In this document: positions 22,921 through 36,317 of the stretch, piece by piece
How positions within the stretch are numbered: the first letter of the stretch is position 1
Layout of the letters: the number at the start of each line of letters is the position of its first letter
Source: Eledone cirrhosa
Taxonomy: Eukaryota
Length of the DNA: 64,000 nucleotides
Direction of reading: 5' to 3'
Assembly (NCBI GenBank): GCA_964016885.1
Contig: OZ024756.1
Location: 248,001-312,000 of the forward strand
Made by a program: the position numbers and the translations under genes
The notes under the pieces: model-generated
Told to the model about the DNA's origin: nothing
The model's input: only the letters and a program-made list of their open reading frames with translations
Databases searched by the model: none

Positions 22921-24958
22921 ATTGTTATACTTGGGGAGGGTCATATTTGTGTAATATTGCCAGAATTAATAACAGAACACACTCACTGTTTGGTTGGTTT
23001 TCGCTTCTCGCTGTCTTTTATATCGGTAATCTAACTTACTCGGTCCTCAATGTTGCCATTGACTGACCGACGGTCAAAAATAATACAATATAGACACAAA
23101 CACATATATATAGTTTATCATAAATCTTTCGTTGCACATCTGCAACATCGTCAGTGGTGTTATATTTTCCTCCTGTTGTGTTGTATGTCTACGCCATTTT
23201 TATTCAGTCTGTCTATATATTTATTTATTTATTTGCTTGTTTGTTTATTTTATTTTGTCTTCTTTGTGCATGCGTTTGCGTGTGTGTATAGTGTTTTGTT
23301 TGCTGTGTGATGGGTGACTAGTGTGTGTTTATGTGCTTGTTGTTATTGTGCTTGTGTATGTATTTATTTATTTATCTTATTTTATTTACTTATTTATACT
23401 TCTCTTAGGTCAGTGTTGTTTGTTTGGGTGTTGTTATTCCATTCATTTTTTCTGTTTAGTCTTGGTCTTCTAATTTCTATGTTGTCTATGTTACCGTCAT
23501 GTTGTTGTCTAGCATGTTCGTATAGAACTGACCCGTTTTTTCGTCCTTTTAGTTCCCCCCAGTGTTGGTCTATCCTTTCACCTATGCTACGAGCTGTCTC
23601 ACCTATGTATGTTGTTGTCATGTTTCTGCAAGTACCCTCTATACATCTTATGCTATAGACTACGTTTCTAGTTTTACAGTTTATCCGGGGGTTCACCTTA
23701 CATATGATACATTTCCTATTGGTACAGTGGGTTTTCTTAAAAGGGTAGGTTTTGCTGATCAGGGATTTTATGGTGGTTCCTGGCTTTTCTACCACCTTTA
23801 TTTTTAAGTGGGTCTTTCTCATGGCCTTTCTACACTGCTTAGCTAATTTCCCTCCAGGAAACATGACACTGGTATCTCTGGTTGTCGTACCATGAGGTGG
23901 CTTTCCCTATCTTATGTCTAGCCCTATCTAAGCTATTCCATGATTTGCTCCTGTATAATGGGCAAATTCCTTTCATGTCCAGTTCTATGAGGGTCTTATA
24001 CTTCTCCATGGCTCCTTCGTATACTCTAACTCTGTCTCTTTGGTTGTAGCCAGAGAACTGCATGCGGTTGATGAAGTGTTGGATGTGTCTTTCCATTTCT
24101 GTTGGGTCGCACATGCGGGACACATTCTTCATCACTCGTACCAAATCTGCGATCAGAATATTAAACTTAGCACTACTGGACATTGCTGAGTTTTTGAGTA
24201 TCAGGTATTTGGAGGCTATGGGTTTAGCATAGTGTGAGTGGAGAATTTGGGCTCTCTCGTCTATAGTGTTAATCCAGAGTTCTGTGTCTAATACAGGTAG
24301 TCTATTGTTAGGGTGTTTGGAAGGCAAGTCGATAGTTACAGTTATACTCTGGTGTATGGAATTAGCTATCTGCTGGATGCTTTCCATCGTGCTACGTTCT
24401 AAATCAAACTTGTTAGTGCTCTCTAGTGGGGGCGTTCTTATAACTATATTGATATCGTCTACATAACGAGAGTACATGATGAGGTCTATGGAGCTCTCAT
24501 TAAGGAGATCTTTAAGTCTCCTTTCCCACCATACCATGAAAAGGTTGGCAACATCACCAGCTATGCTGACGCCAATGGCTGCTCCCTCATTTTGGGTGTA
24601 GATCTTCTCGTTGAACTTAAATATGTGGCCCTTTAGGGTAGTTTTGATACTAGCCCCTATTGCATGTGCGACCATTTTTCTTACCTGATCATTGTTTTGG
24701 GGGGTCCGTATAGCTTTGGTCCACCTAATCCACCTTCCCATGGGAGTCTTTTTTGCCATTGAGGTTATGGTGGGGGGTCTACCTCTTATAGGTCTACTAG
24801 GGCAGAAACATTTAAGGTCATGGCTGCCTAGGTAGTCAGTGTCGTAGGTAAGTCTAAGTAGGAGGCCCAGTTCGTCTGTGTCGACGTCGCAGAACTCCAC
24901 CTCACTCTCAATGATCATCTCCACACATCTTTTCACAGCAAAATCAATGTTAATGGAT
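22921..24958 (-). mobile_element. 5'-truncated, frameshifted PLE, family 2 (Cys-linker type, clade uncertain)
   Basis: ORF 23839-24981 has GAAIGVSIAG, YSRYVDD, LPVLD. ORF 23394-23864 has CTNRKCIIC, NVVYSIRC..YIGETARS..ER..QH. The pLTR end CATGACCCTCCCC..ATAACAAT is shared with 26660 and 40795. Confidence 0.9.
23116..23159 (-). ncRNA. Minimal hammerhead motif of PLE family 2
   Basis: Minus strand CACCA-CTGACGA-T-GTTGCA-GATG-TGCAAC-GAAA-GATT-TA-TGATA. Stem I is imperfect. Confidence 0.65.
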
Positions 24959-25087
24959 ATATATATATAGTAGTTCCACAAGTTAGTTCACCATACCGAG
25001 AACAAATGTTTCACCTTATTTGGATCCTCATATATATACCCTGCTAGCAAAGAAAATGAAATATAAATTAATGATGTGTGTATGTGT

Positions 25088-25295
25088 GAAGGCACGTGGC
25101 TGAGTGGTAAGAGAATTGGATTTGCAATGGTGAGGTTGTGAGTTCGATTCCTGGACCGGAAGATGTGTTATGTTCTTGAGGAGGACACTTTATTTTATGT
25201 TGCTCCTACTTGGAGTTGCAATCGATAGAGAGTATTAGTATTTGGAAAGACCAATGGAAACATTGTTTCCTCAGTCCGATTTGATGAAAGTTAAT
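25088..25295 (+). mobile_element. tRNA-head SINE, second family, diverged
   Basis: GGCACGTGGCTGAGTGGTAAG..GAGTTCGATTCC, followed by a CORE-like segment. Confidence 0.7.
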
Positions 25296-25656
25296 CAACT
25301 GTTGAAATATATATATATTACACACACACACATATATATATATATATAAATTTTGGAATAAACAGGAAGCTGTGTGGTTACTTGATAAAGACACACACAG
25401 TCTAAAATCTTTTCCCGACTCCAATCATTTTCATTGCTATGGCAAGGTGGCTGGACTGCCGATCGCTATATTTGATTTGCAAAGCTGTCTAAATGTATTG
25501 TCATTACTCTGGGGTATTATTCTCTATCGAGTGCTAAAGCTACATTCCGAATTTGCATTCGTTAGCTTAGCAGCAGCCTAAAGTTTTGTTAATGCTGTAC
25601 TAAAATTTGTATATATATATATATAGAGAGATATATAGACACACACACACACAATC

Positions 25657-26266
25657 TATTCTAAATTACTTCTGTGCAACTGTGTACTACATTATTATTT
25701 TTTATCAATCTAACCCCAGGAAAAATAAATAAATATAAATATATATATATATATATATAAATCCCTGCTTTACACTTGCTATGAGGTTTTACAAGATTTC
25801 TCATCAAAGGTGTAATAGTAGATGTTGGAGTGGGGGAGCAGGGAGCTGGTGGAGGTTCACAGACATAGGTGCATTTGCACCTAGTGTGGAAAAATTTAAC
25901 ACATCTTAGATAATTGCTGGGCATGTGTTTGTATGTGTATCTATCTATATATCTATATATATATATATGCACACATTTGCATTCATGAGTGTGTAGCTGT
26001 ATGCATGTGAAGGCAACACTAGTGATGCTTCATTTAGTAAAGGGACTATGTCTGTGAACCTCCACCACCACCAGCTCCCCACTCCCACATCTACTGTTAC
26101 ACCATTGATGAGAAATCTTGTAACACCTCATAGCAAGTGTAAGACAGGGGTTTATATATATATATTTATATACATATATATATTTATATTTATTAATTTT
26201 TACTGGGGTTAGATTGATAAAAAATAATAATGTAGTACACAGTTGCACAGAAGTAATTTAGAATAG
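25657..26266. mobile_element. MITE/foldback-like element with ~210-bp inverted arms and ~190-bp spacer
   Basis: CTATTCTAAATTACTTCTGTGCAAC... and ...GTTGCACAGAAGTAATTTAGAATAG. Confidence 0.75.
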
Positions 26267-26396
26267 TGAGTGAGTGAGTGAGTGAGTGAGTGAGTGAGTG
26301 AGTGAGTGAGTGAGTGAGTGAGTGTGTGTGTGTGTGTGTGTGCGTGTGTGTGCGTGTGCATGTGTGTGCGTGTGCATGTGTGTGTGTGTGTGATGC

Positions 26397-26690
26397 AACG
26401 AATTTTGTTTTGCAAGGTTTTTGACTTGAAATCGTGTGTTGAAACATAACATCACTGATGAGGTCACAGGTGTGTGACGAACGAAAGTACTCTGAGAAAC
26501 TATATTTATATCTACATTTTTAACTGTTGGTCAATCAATAGTAAACAATGGTTGCCAGCTTAATTAATTATAGAAATATAAAATATACTGAAGTGCAAAC
26601 CAACCTAAATCAAACAGTGAGAGTTTTACTATATATTTTTCTGGCAATATTATAACAACATGACCCTCCCCAAATATAACAATATATATA
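26397..26690 (+). mobile_element. Solo pLTR of PLE family 2 with hammerhead (26452-26495), preceded by an inverted tail fragment
   Basis: TCA-CTGATGA-GGTCACA..TGTGAC..GAAA-GTAC-TC-TGA. 26397-26445 is similar to the reverse complement of 40825-40870. Confidence 0.75.
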
Positions 26691-26754
26691 TTAGAAAGTG
26701 AGGTTTTTTTTACAAAATAAAAAAAAAAACCGAGGTGCCCTACACGAGTGAAAG

Positions 26755-27030
26755 TATAAGGAAAAAAGATGAAATCGAAAATGCAACTGGAGTCTGTTTT
26801 TTTTTTAAATATATTTATTTGGTTCCTTTACCGGTTTCACAGTTCTTGTGCTTTTCAAAAGTAGAATTGAGGTGGAGGGTTTGTGGTTTTTCTCGCAAGA
26901 AAAACAACAAACCCTCCATCTCAATTCTACTTTTGAAAAGCAGAAGAACTGCGAAACGGGTAAAGGAACCAAATAAATATTCTTAAAAAGACTCCAGTTG
27001 CATTTTCGATTTCATCTTTTTTCCTTATAT
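26755..27030. repeat. ~135-bp-arm foldback with a hammerhead-like variant (TTGAAAA-GCAG..CTGC-GAAAC..GTA)
   Basis: Arms are visibly reverse complementary around ~26893. Confidence 0.75.
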
Positions 27031-27036
27031 ATATAT

Positions 27037-27297
27037 CATCATCATCATCATCTTCGTTTAACGACCATTTTCCACGCTAGCATGGGTTAGACGGAAGTTG
27101 TCCCGCTTGTGGCAAGGCTGGTCGGGTGACCGTGTCTCGCTCATATAGGACTATCTGGCAGGTTTTCTACGGCTGGATGCCCTTCCTAACACCAACCACA
27201 TTTACAGTGTGGAACTGGGAACTTTTTACCGTGTTTCCTATATGGCCACATTACAGCGTGGACTTTTTTTTTTGTCGTGACACCTACACGATCTCGA
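27037..27297 (-). mobile_element. RTE family A-related 3' UTR fragment
   Basis: (CAT)n tail, GGATGCCCTTCCTAACACCAACC, GTGACACCTACACGATCTC. Confidence 0.85.
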
Positions 27298-27678
27298 TTT
27301 CTCGTGCTGTTGGTGAGAGTGGGAGGATAGGGTAGGGGTATACCATACACACAACACATATACTAACCACTAATACAGCCAGTCCTTCTTCCCCCAGATC
27401 ATCATCCCTCTGGAATTGCTACACAGCAAGCAGCTGTCAAGCTACACATGTTCAACAAGACCAGCAATCACCATGACACTAATCTGATCCACAGAGACCA
27501 TTGATACAGACTTTTACTCCAGATCCATTATTTCATCACCACTACAACTCCCACACACAGCCCCCTACACACTGGGTAAGTAATTGCTGACTAGAACAAG
27601 GTTCTCTGATTGAACTTATTGAGTAAACTAGCTTAACGATTTAAACTCTCTCTCTCTAAATATATATATATATATATA

Positions 27679-28253
27679 ACTAGCAGTGGTACCCGGCGTT
27701 GCACGGGATAAGGTATTGTGAAATATATAACCACCTTAGCTAAGCTTAGTATTGCCACAACCACGGCTGGCAAAGAAGTAAGGGTCTGGTGGTACGTAAG
27801 TAAGCAACACTAGCTTAAAACGTGAGGAAGAAGTTGTGTGCACTTACCAACTGTTTGGGGAATGAGTGTGAGATTTATCTTGAGCAAGGGTGGCTGAATA
27901 ACCAGAGGCAGCAGACAGCCAGACATACAGACAGATTATAAGGGCGCATTCTGGACGCAGAGCGATTTGTAGAAAGTGACGTATTGCAGACATACAGACA
28001 GATATTATAAGGGTGCGACGTTATATGTATGTATCTATCTAAAAATAGACAGACTAAGAATTATAGAGAGAGATTGCTAAATCGCCTAATGCGGTCCCTA
28101 GGGCATTGAAAATTTGAAACACTCAGAACACTCCCTGAAACCTAAGTATTACATGTGTAAAGTTTGAAAACAGTCGGTTGGGTGGTTCTCTAGTTTTAGG
28201 GATTCAAACTCACACACACACAGACAGACATCCTCAGTTTTATATATATAGAT
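27679..28253 (+). mobile_element. Non-autonomous Helentron/DINE-like rolling-circle element
   Basis: ACTAGC..CCCGGCGTTGCACGGG hairpin at one end, (CAGA)n..TTTTATATATATAGAT at the other. Sits in a TA tract. Confidence 0.7.
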
Positions 28254-28294
28254 ATATCCACCTCCCTGTCTATCTGTTTCTCTCTCTAAATATA

Positions 28295-28460
28295 TACAAG
28301 ACCACGAACAACATGGGCGGAGGTGGTGAGAGCAGATCTCAGATCGCTGAAGCTCACGGAGGAGATGACAAAGGACCGTGACAAATGGAGAGATGCCGTG
28401 CTTAATAAGACCCATCCCACCCTTGCAATCAGGGAAAAGCAGACGTAAAATGATAATTGA
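28295..28460 (+). mobile_element. 3' end of a third RTE family (C)
   Basis: Encodes DLRSLKLTEEMTKDRDKWRDAVLNKTHP, homologous to the RTE C-terminus, followed by a CCCACCCTTGCAATCAGGGAAAAGCAGACGTAAAATGA tail. Confidence 0.75.
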
Positions 28461-28553
28461 TATATATATATATATATATATGTGTGTGAATGAAGTAATT
28501 CCGTCGTAAAGGTACAGGAAAAAAGAGTGCTCTATGTAGGTTACAGAGCTTAT

Positions 28554-28898
28554 TAGTTATGTAATAAACACCATAAGATAATTATTTCATTTACCAGTGG
28601 TTTCTTGAAAGCAGATATTTATATCTGTTTTCAGTCGTCAGAATGAATAAAAACATGGTGTTTTTATTAATTATGGATTTGAAAACAAAAATATTTAAGA
28701 AATATGAAAGTGAGGCTGAGAAACAAACAGGCGAACTCAGCCTCACTTTCATATTTCTTAAATATTTTTGTTTTCAAATCCATATTTAATAAAAACACCA
28801 TGTTTTTATTCATTCTGACGACTGAAAACATAAATATCTGCTTTCAAGAAACCACTGGTAAATGAAATAATTATCCTATGGTGTTTATTACATAACTA
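28554..28898. repeat. ~165-bp-arm foldback carrying a hammerhead in each arm
   Basis: Arms flank a spacer at 28721-28735. Confidence 0.9.
28809..28866 (+). ncRNA. Type I hammerhead ribozyme
   Basis: TTCATT-CTGACGA-C-TGAAA..TTTCA-A-GAAA-CCA-C-TGG-TA-AATGAA. Stem I is perfect, with a GUA site. Confidence 0.82.
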
Positions 28899-29756
28899 TA
28901 TATATATATATTATATTTAGCTCTAGACATAGCTATTGACCATTTAATTTTATTGTTCATTTTTTGTCGATTCTATTGAATGATGAATAGCTCCTGTTTA
29001 TTTTAACATGTCTATCGAGCACTCTTACTCGATATGTGTATTCCACATTACCGATTATCTTTCGCGAATATAGAGGTTATCTCCCTTGCTGGACTCCATG
29101 TGCATCTAGCTATAGTTAACTTCTTCATTCGTCGGACATGACCCGTTGATAAAGTTGTTCCGGTCCCTCCTCTCCCTAGAAGTCTTATATATTTTTATGT
29201 GGGCTGATAGGGGGCGGATTAAGGAATAGCAGAAACCCAAGAAGTTAGATTTACCACCTTTCTAGTGGGATCGGGTAAGTTTTTACATTCATATAAATTA
29301 TTGATTTATTGATATTTTATCTGAGTGACCCGAATCTTCCTGGTCGTTATTTTTCGGCTGCACGGGTGATTTTAGGCATAATCTTTGTGTGTTGGTATCT
29401 TAACGATAGTTATAGCTCTGATTTATCTGAATTATTGAGCCCTCTGCCACTCATGTCGGATTTGTTTATCGTAATTTCGTGAGCTGATTTTCCGATACTC
29501 GATTATTCTATTATATATATATATATATACCTCCCTGTCTATCTCTGTCACACACTCTCTCACTTCCTCTCCTTCTCTTTGTCATTATCAGCCTGTCTAC
29601 CTCACTCTCTCTTTCTAACATTTCAAAACCACAGTTATGATCACAATTTCAATATTTCAACTTATTACAAAAGTTCAACTCTCTCATTTAAACCTCAATT
29701 TCCACTCCATTGTTGTTGTTTTTATTTCCTTTATATTATTCTTAAAACGAGAAATG

Positions 29757-32535
29757 ATGTATTGAGGGGGGCTGTACATATAAGTACATACACACACACA
29801 CAGTATTGAGGGATGTGTACATATAACTACATACACACACAGTATTGAGGAGGGTGTACATATAACTACACACACACACACAGTATTGAGGGATGTGTAC
29901 ATATAACTACATACACACACAGTATTGAGGGGGGTGTACATATAACTACATACACACACAGTATTGAGGGGTGTGTACATATAACTACATACACACACAC
30001 ACAGTATTGAGGTGGGTGTACATATAACTACATACACACACAGTATTGAGGGGGGTGTACATATAACTACATACACACACAGTATTGAGGGGTGTGTACA
30101 TATAACTACATACACACACACACAGTATTGAGGAGGGTGTACATATAACTACATACACACACAGTATTGAGGGGGGTGTACATATAACTACATACACACA
30201 CAGTATTGAGGGGTGTGTACATATAACTACATACACACACACACAGTATTGAGGGGGGTGTACATATAACTACATACACACACAGTATTGAGGGGGGTGT
30301 ACATATAACTACACACACACACAGTATTTAGGGGGGTGTAGATATAACTACATACATACACAGTATTGAGGGGGGGTGTACATATAAGTACACACACACA
30401 CACACACACACAGTATTGAGGGGGGTGTACATATAACTACACACACACACAGTATTTAGGGGGGTGTACATATAACTACATACACACACAGTATTGAGGG
30501 GGGTGTACATATAACTACATACACACACACAGTATTGAGGTGTGTACATATAACTACACACACACACACACAGTATTGAGGGGGGGTGTACATATAAGTA
30601 CATACACACACAGTATTGAGGGATGTGTACATTTAAGTACACACACACACACAGTATTGAGGGGGGTGTACATATAAGTACACACACACACAGTATTGAG
30701 GGGGGTGTACATATAACTACATACACACACAGTATTGAGGGGGGTGTACATATAACTACATACACACACAGTATTGAGGGGTGTGTACATATAACTACAT
30801 ACACACACAGTATTGAGGGGTGTGTACATATAAGTACACACACACACACAGTATTGAGGGGTGTGTACATATAACTACATACACACACACACAGTATTGA
30901 GGGGGGTGTACATATAACTACACACACACAGTATTGAGGGGGGTGTACATATAACTACATACACACACAGTATTGAGGAGGGTGTACATATAACTACATA
31001 CACACACACACAGTATTGAGGGGGGTGTACATATAACTACACACACACAGAGTATTGAGGGGGGTGTACATATAACTACACACACACAGTATTGAGGGGT
31101 GTGTACATATAACTACATACACACACACAGTATTGAGGGGGGTGTACATATAACTACATACACACAGTATTGAGGGGGGTGTACATATAACTACACACAC
31201 ACAGTATTGAGGGGGGTGTACATATAACTACATACACACACAGTATTGAGGGGGGTGTACATATAACTACACACACACACACAGTATTGAGGGGGGGTGT
31301 ACATATAACTACATACACACACACACAGTATTGAGGGGGGTGTACATATAACTACACACACACAGTATTGAGGGGTGTGTACATATAACTACACACACAC
31401 AGTATTGAGGGGGGTGTACATATAACTACATACACACACAGTATTGAGGGGTGTGTACATATAACTACACACACACACACACAGTATTGAGGGGGGTGTA
31501 CATATAACTACACACACACACAGTATTGAGGGATGTGTACATATAACTACATACACACACAGTATTGAGGGGGGTGTACATATAACTACACACACACACA
31601 CACACAGTATTGAGGGATGTGTACATATAACTACACACACAGTATTGAGGGATGTGTACATATAACTACATACACACACAGTATTGAGGGGGGTGTACAT
31701 ATAACTACACACACACACAGTATTGAGGGGTGTGTACATATAACTACATACACACACACACAGTATTGAGGGGGGGTGTACATATAAGTACACACACACA
31801 CAGTATTGAGGGGGGGTGTACATATAAGTACACACACAGTATTGAGGGTGGTGTACATATAACTACATACACACACACACAGTATTGAGGGGGGGTGTAC
31901 ATATAACTACATACACACACACACACACAGTATTGAGGGGGGGGTGTACATATAAGTACACACACACACAGCATTGAGGGGGGTGTACATATAAGTACAC
32001 ACACACACAGTATTGAGGGGGGTGTACATATAAGTACACACACACACAGTATTGAGGGGGGTGTACATATAAGTACACACACACACAGTATTGAGGGGGG
32101 TGTACATATAAGTACACACACACACACAGTATTGAGGGGGGTGTACATATAAGTACACACACACACAGTATTGAGGGGGGTGTACATATAAGTACACACA
32201 CACACAGTATTGAGGGGGGTGTACATATAAGTACACACACACACAGTATTGAGGGGGGGTGTACATATAAGTACACACACACACAGTATTGAGGGGGGTG
32301 TACATATAACTACATACACACACAGTATTGAGGGGGGTGTACATATAACTACATACACACACACACAGTATTGAGGGGGGGTGTACATATAAGTACACAC
32401 ACACACAGTATTGAGGGGGGTGTACATATAAGTACACACACACACAGTATTGAGGGGGGTGTACATATAAGTACACACACACACAGTATTGAGAGGGGTG
32501 TACATATAAGTACACACACACACACACACACACAG
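29757..32535. repeat. ~40-bp minisatellite CAGTATTGAG(G)nTGTACATATAA(C/G)TACA(CA)n
   Basis: Dozens of tandem units are visible. Confidence 0.97.
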
Positions 32536-32586
32536 AATTTGAGTTCTGATTTGAAATTTCATCAAGATGAAACATAACAAGATGGA

Positions 32587-32740
32587 TGATGGTAGCTTGT
32601 CCAGCCCATGCCGGTGTGGAATGGGGACATATGATGATGGTAGCTTGTCCAGCCCATGCCGGTGTGGAATGGGGACATATGATGATGGTAGCTTGTCCAG
32701 CCCATGCCGGTGTGGAATGGGGACATATGATGATGGTAGT
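32587..32740 (+). repeat. 48-bp x3 tandem repeat resembling the RTE/SINE 3' terminus
   Basis: GTCCAGCCCATGCCGGTGTGGAATGGGGACATATGATGATG resembles the RTE tail GTCCAAACCCATGCAAGCGTGGAACACGGACG..GATGATG. Confidence 0.8.
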
Positions 32741-32806
32741 AGTAGTCTGTGTGTATATATGAGTGTCTTTGTTTAAGCATATGTAAGTGTCATTGTGTAT
32801 ACCTAA

Positions 32807-32841
<35 letters not shown>

Positions 32842-32889
32842 ATAATAATAAATGTAAAGACTAAAATCCGATGAGGGCTCGATAAGGAT

Positions 32890-32967
<78 letters not shown>

Positions 32968-33299
32968 CCATAGAGCAAATATTTATTAAAATAACATTAA
33001 AGTTTAAGCAAAGAATCGCTGCTTGCACACTTAACGGGATCTTCTGAAGGAGTGATGCTAGAGCTATGAAATCTTGCATACATTAAATTCAACTCTTCTT
33101 AACTGTGATGGTGATGATAGTGTTTTAAATCTCTTGGCTAGAGCATGAATTAGCCACAAGAACTATCAAGGGTACACGTGTCTGTGTGGAGCGCTCAGAT
33201 ACTTGGACATTAATTTCACAAGCAGGCTGATCTGTTGATCAAACAACTGGGACACTGATTGTCAGAACCAACACACACAACACACACACACACCTCATC

Positions 33300-35130
33300 A
33301 CAAACCACACACCACACTCCACTATACCACACCACACACAGCACACTCCACTATACCACACCACACTACACCACACTCCACTATACCACACCACACTACA
33401 CCACACTCCACTATACCACACCACACTACACCACACTCCACTATACCACACCACACACAGCACACTCCACTATACCACACACAGCACACTCCACTATACC
33501 ACACCACACACAGCACACTCCACTATACCACACCACACTCCACTATACCACACCACACCACACACAGCACACTCCACTATACCACACCACACCACACACA
33601 GCATACTCCATTATACCACACCACACACAGCACACTCCACTATACCACACCACACACAGCACACTCCACTATACCACACCACACACAGCACACTCCACTA
33701 TACCACACCACACTCCACTATACCACACCACACCACACACAGCATACTCCATTATACCACACCACACACAGCACACTCCACTATACCACACCACACACAG
33801 CACACTCCACTATACCACACCACACACAGCACACTCCACTATACCACACCACACACAGCACACTCCACTATACCACACCACACTCCACTATACCACACCA
33901 CACACAGCACACTCCACTATACCACACCACACACAGCACACTCCACTATACCACACCACACCACACTCCACTATACCACACCACACACAGCACACTCCAC
34001 TATACCACACCACACCACACAGCACACTCCACTATACCACACCACACACAGCACACTCCACTATACCACACCACACCACACCACACACAGCATACTCCAC
34101 TATACCACACCACACACAGCACACTCCACTATACCACACCACACACAGCATACTCCACTATACCACACCACACTCCACTATACCACACCACACCACACAC
34201 AGCACACTCCACTATACCACACCACACACAGCACACTCCACTATACCACACCACACCACACACTCCACTATACCACACCACACCACACACAGCACTATAC
34301 CACACCACACTCCACTATACCACACCACACCACACACAGCACACTCCACTATACCACACAACACCACACACAGCACACTCCACTATACCACACCACACAC
34401 AGCACACTCCACTATACCACACCACACACAGCACACTCCACTATACCACACCACACACAGCACACTCCACTATACCACACCACACTACACCACACTCCAC
34501 TATACCACACCACACACAGCACACTCCACTATACCACACCACACACAGCACACTCCACTATACCACACCACACACCACTATACCACACCACACCACACAC
34601 AGCACACTCCACTATACCACACCACACTACACCACACTCCATTATACCACACCACACACAGCACACTCCACTATACCACACCACACACAGCACACTCCAC
34701 TATACCACACCACACACAGCACACTCCACTATACCACACCACACACCACTATACCACACCACACCACACACAGCACACTCCACTATACCACACCACACAC
34801 AGCACACTCCACTATACCACACCACACCACACACAGCACACTCCACTATACCACACCACACACAGCATACTCCACTATACCACACCACACACAGCACACT
34901 CCACTATACCACACCACACACAGCATACTCCACTATACCACACCACACACAGCACACTCCACTATACCACACCACACACACCACACTCCACTATACCACA
35001 CCACACCACACACAGCACACTCCACTATACCACACCACACCACACTCCACTATACCACACCACACACAGCACACAGCACACCACACACAGCACACCCCAC
35101 TATACCACACCACACACACCACACTACACA
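33300..35130. repeat. CACAC/CTCCACTATAC-based satellite (~27-bp variable unit)
   Basis: Directly visible. It produces the spurious 631-aa H/T-rich ORF. Confidence 0.95.
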
Positions 35131-35204
35131 TACAGCAAGTTGGATGTGTGGTAAAAGGATGAGTTCCTTGACATAGATCAGCTGTTGTGGTTTGTACTGC
35201 AGTA

Positions 35205-35378
35205 GGTTAGCAGTAGTAGAAGTAGCTGTAGCAGTAGTAGTTATAGCAGTAGTAGTAATAGTAATAGCAGTAGTAATAGTAATAGCAGTAGTAGTAGTAA
35301 TAGCAGTAATAGCAGTAGTAGTAGTAATAGTAGCAGTAGTAGATAATGCAATAAACTATAGTATTGCAGCAGCACCCT

Positions 35379-35410
<32 letters not shown>

Positions 35411-35510
35411 TTGTACAGCAGTAGTAGTAGCAGCAGCAGCAGTAATAGTAATAGCAGTAGCAGTAGTAGTATCAGTAATAGTAGTAGCAGTAATAGTAGT
35501 TGTAGTAATA
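35205..35510. repeat. (GTA/GCA/ATA)n trinucleotide repeat
   Basis: Directly visible. Confidence 0.95.
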
Positions 35511-35619
35511 TGGATTACAGTAAAGCCACAACCTCCTGGTGGCCTGGTTTCTTGCCAACTAACATGGAATAATTGACATGAAATAGAGAACAGATGATTG
35601 CAGTTATAGTAGTATGTTG

Positions 35620-35870
35620 TAAACATTTAGATACCAGGTTCACTGGTACTACTGAGGGATCTACAATAACATGTTATAAATATTTAGATACCAGGTTCAC
35701 TGGTACTACTGAGGGATCTACAATAGCATGTTATAAATATTTAGATACCAGGTTCACTGGTACTAATGGAGGTTCTATGATAAACATTTAGATACCAAGT
35801 TCACTGGTACTACTGGGGTCCTAGGATAACAAATATTTAGATACCAGGTTCACTGGTACTACTGATTCCT
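35620..35870. repeat. ~50-57-bp tandem repeat (ATTTAGATACCAGGTTCACTGGTACT...) x5
   Basis: Directly visible. Confidence 0.9.
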
Positions 35871-36317
35871 AGGATAAAACAACTGTAGGTTTTAAAGTGT
35901 TTATCGCCATCATCATCATCATCATTTAATGTCAATCTTCCATATTTGTTGTCAGATAGGTTGTCATGTGATGTTTTGCTTGCACAATACAATTTGAACT
36001 TGGTATTCTATGGTTGGATGCCCTTTCTAATGCTAGCTACTTCACAACATGCACCGGAAGTTATTTTCCATGGCACCAGCCCTACCACTTTACAGGGTAG
36101 GCTGGGTACTTTTTGTCATAATCCTAATATAACCACCTTAGAGAGTGGACTGGGTGCTTTTTTTTTCTTTGTGACACCAATATAGCTATCTTACAGAGTG
36201 GACTGAGTTGTCATGGCACTAATATGACCCCCCATACAGCAATCATGGGCAAATTGTGACCCATTTAGCTTTCTGAATGGCAGGAATTTCAAAATTACCT
36301 TCAATTTCTTTTATCAG

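Noticed and set aside
24968-25031. Minus-strand TGAGGA..GAAACATTTGTT hammerhead
   Set aside because: It is truncated at the core by the TA tract and stem I is missing. At best a remnant.
29757-32535. CRISPR-like repeat array
   Set aside because: Units are directly tandem with only microsatellite length variation. There are no unique spacers or cas genes, and the context is eukaryotic.
33259-35154. 631-aa His/Thr-rich ORF
   Set aside because: It is a translation of a CACAC satellite with no domain structure.
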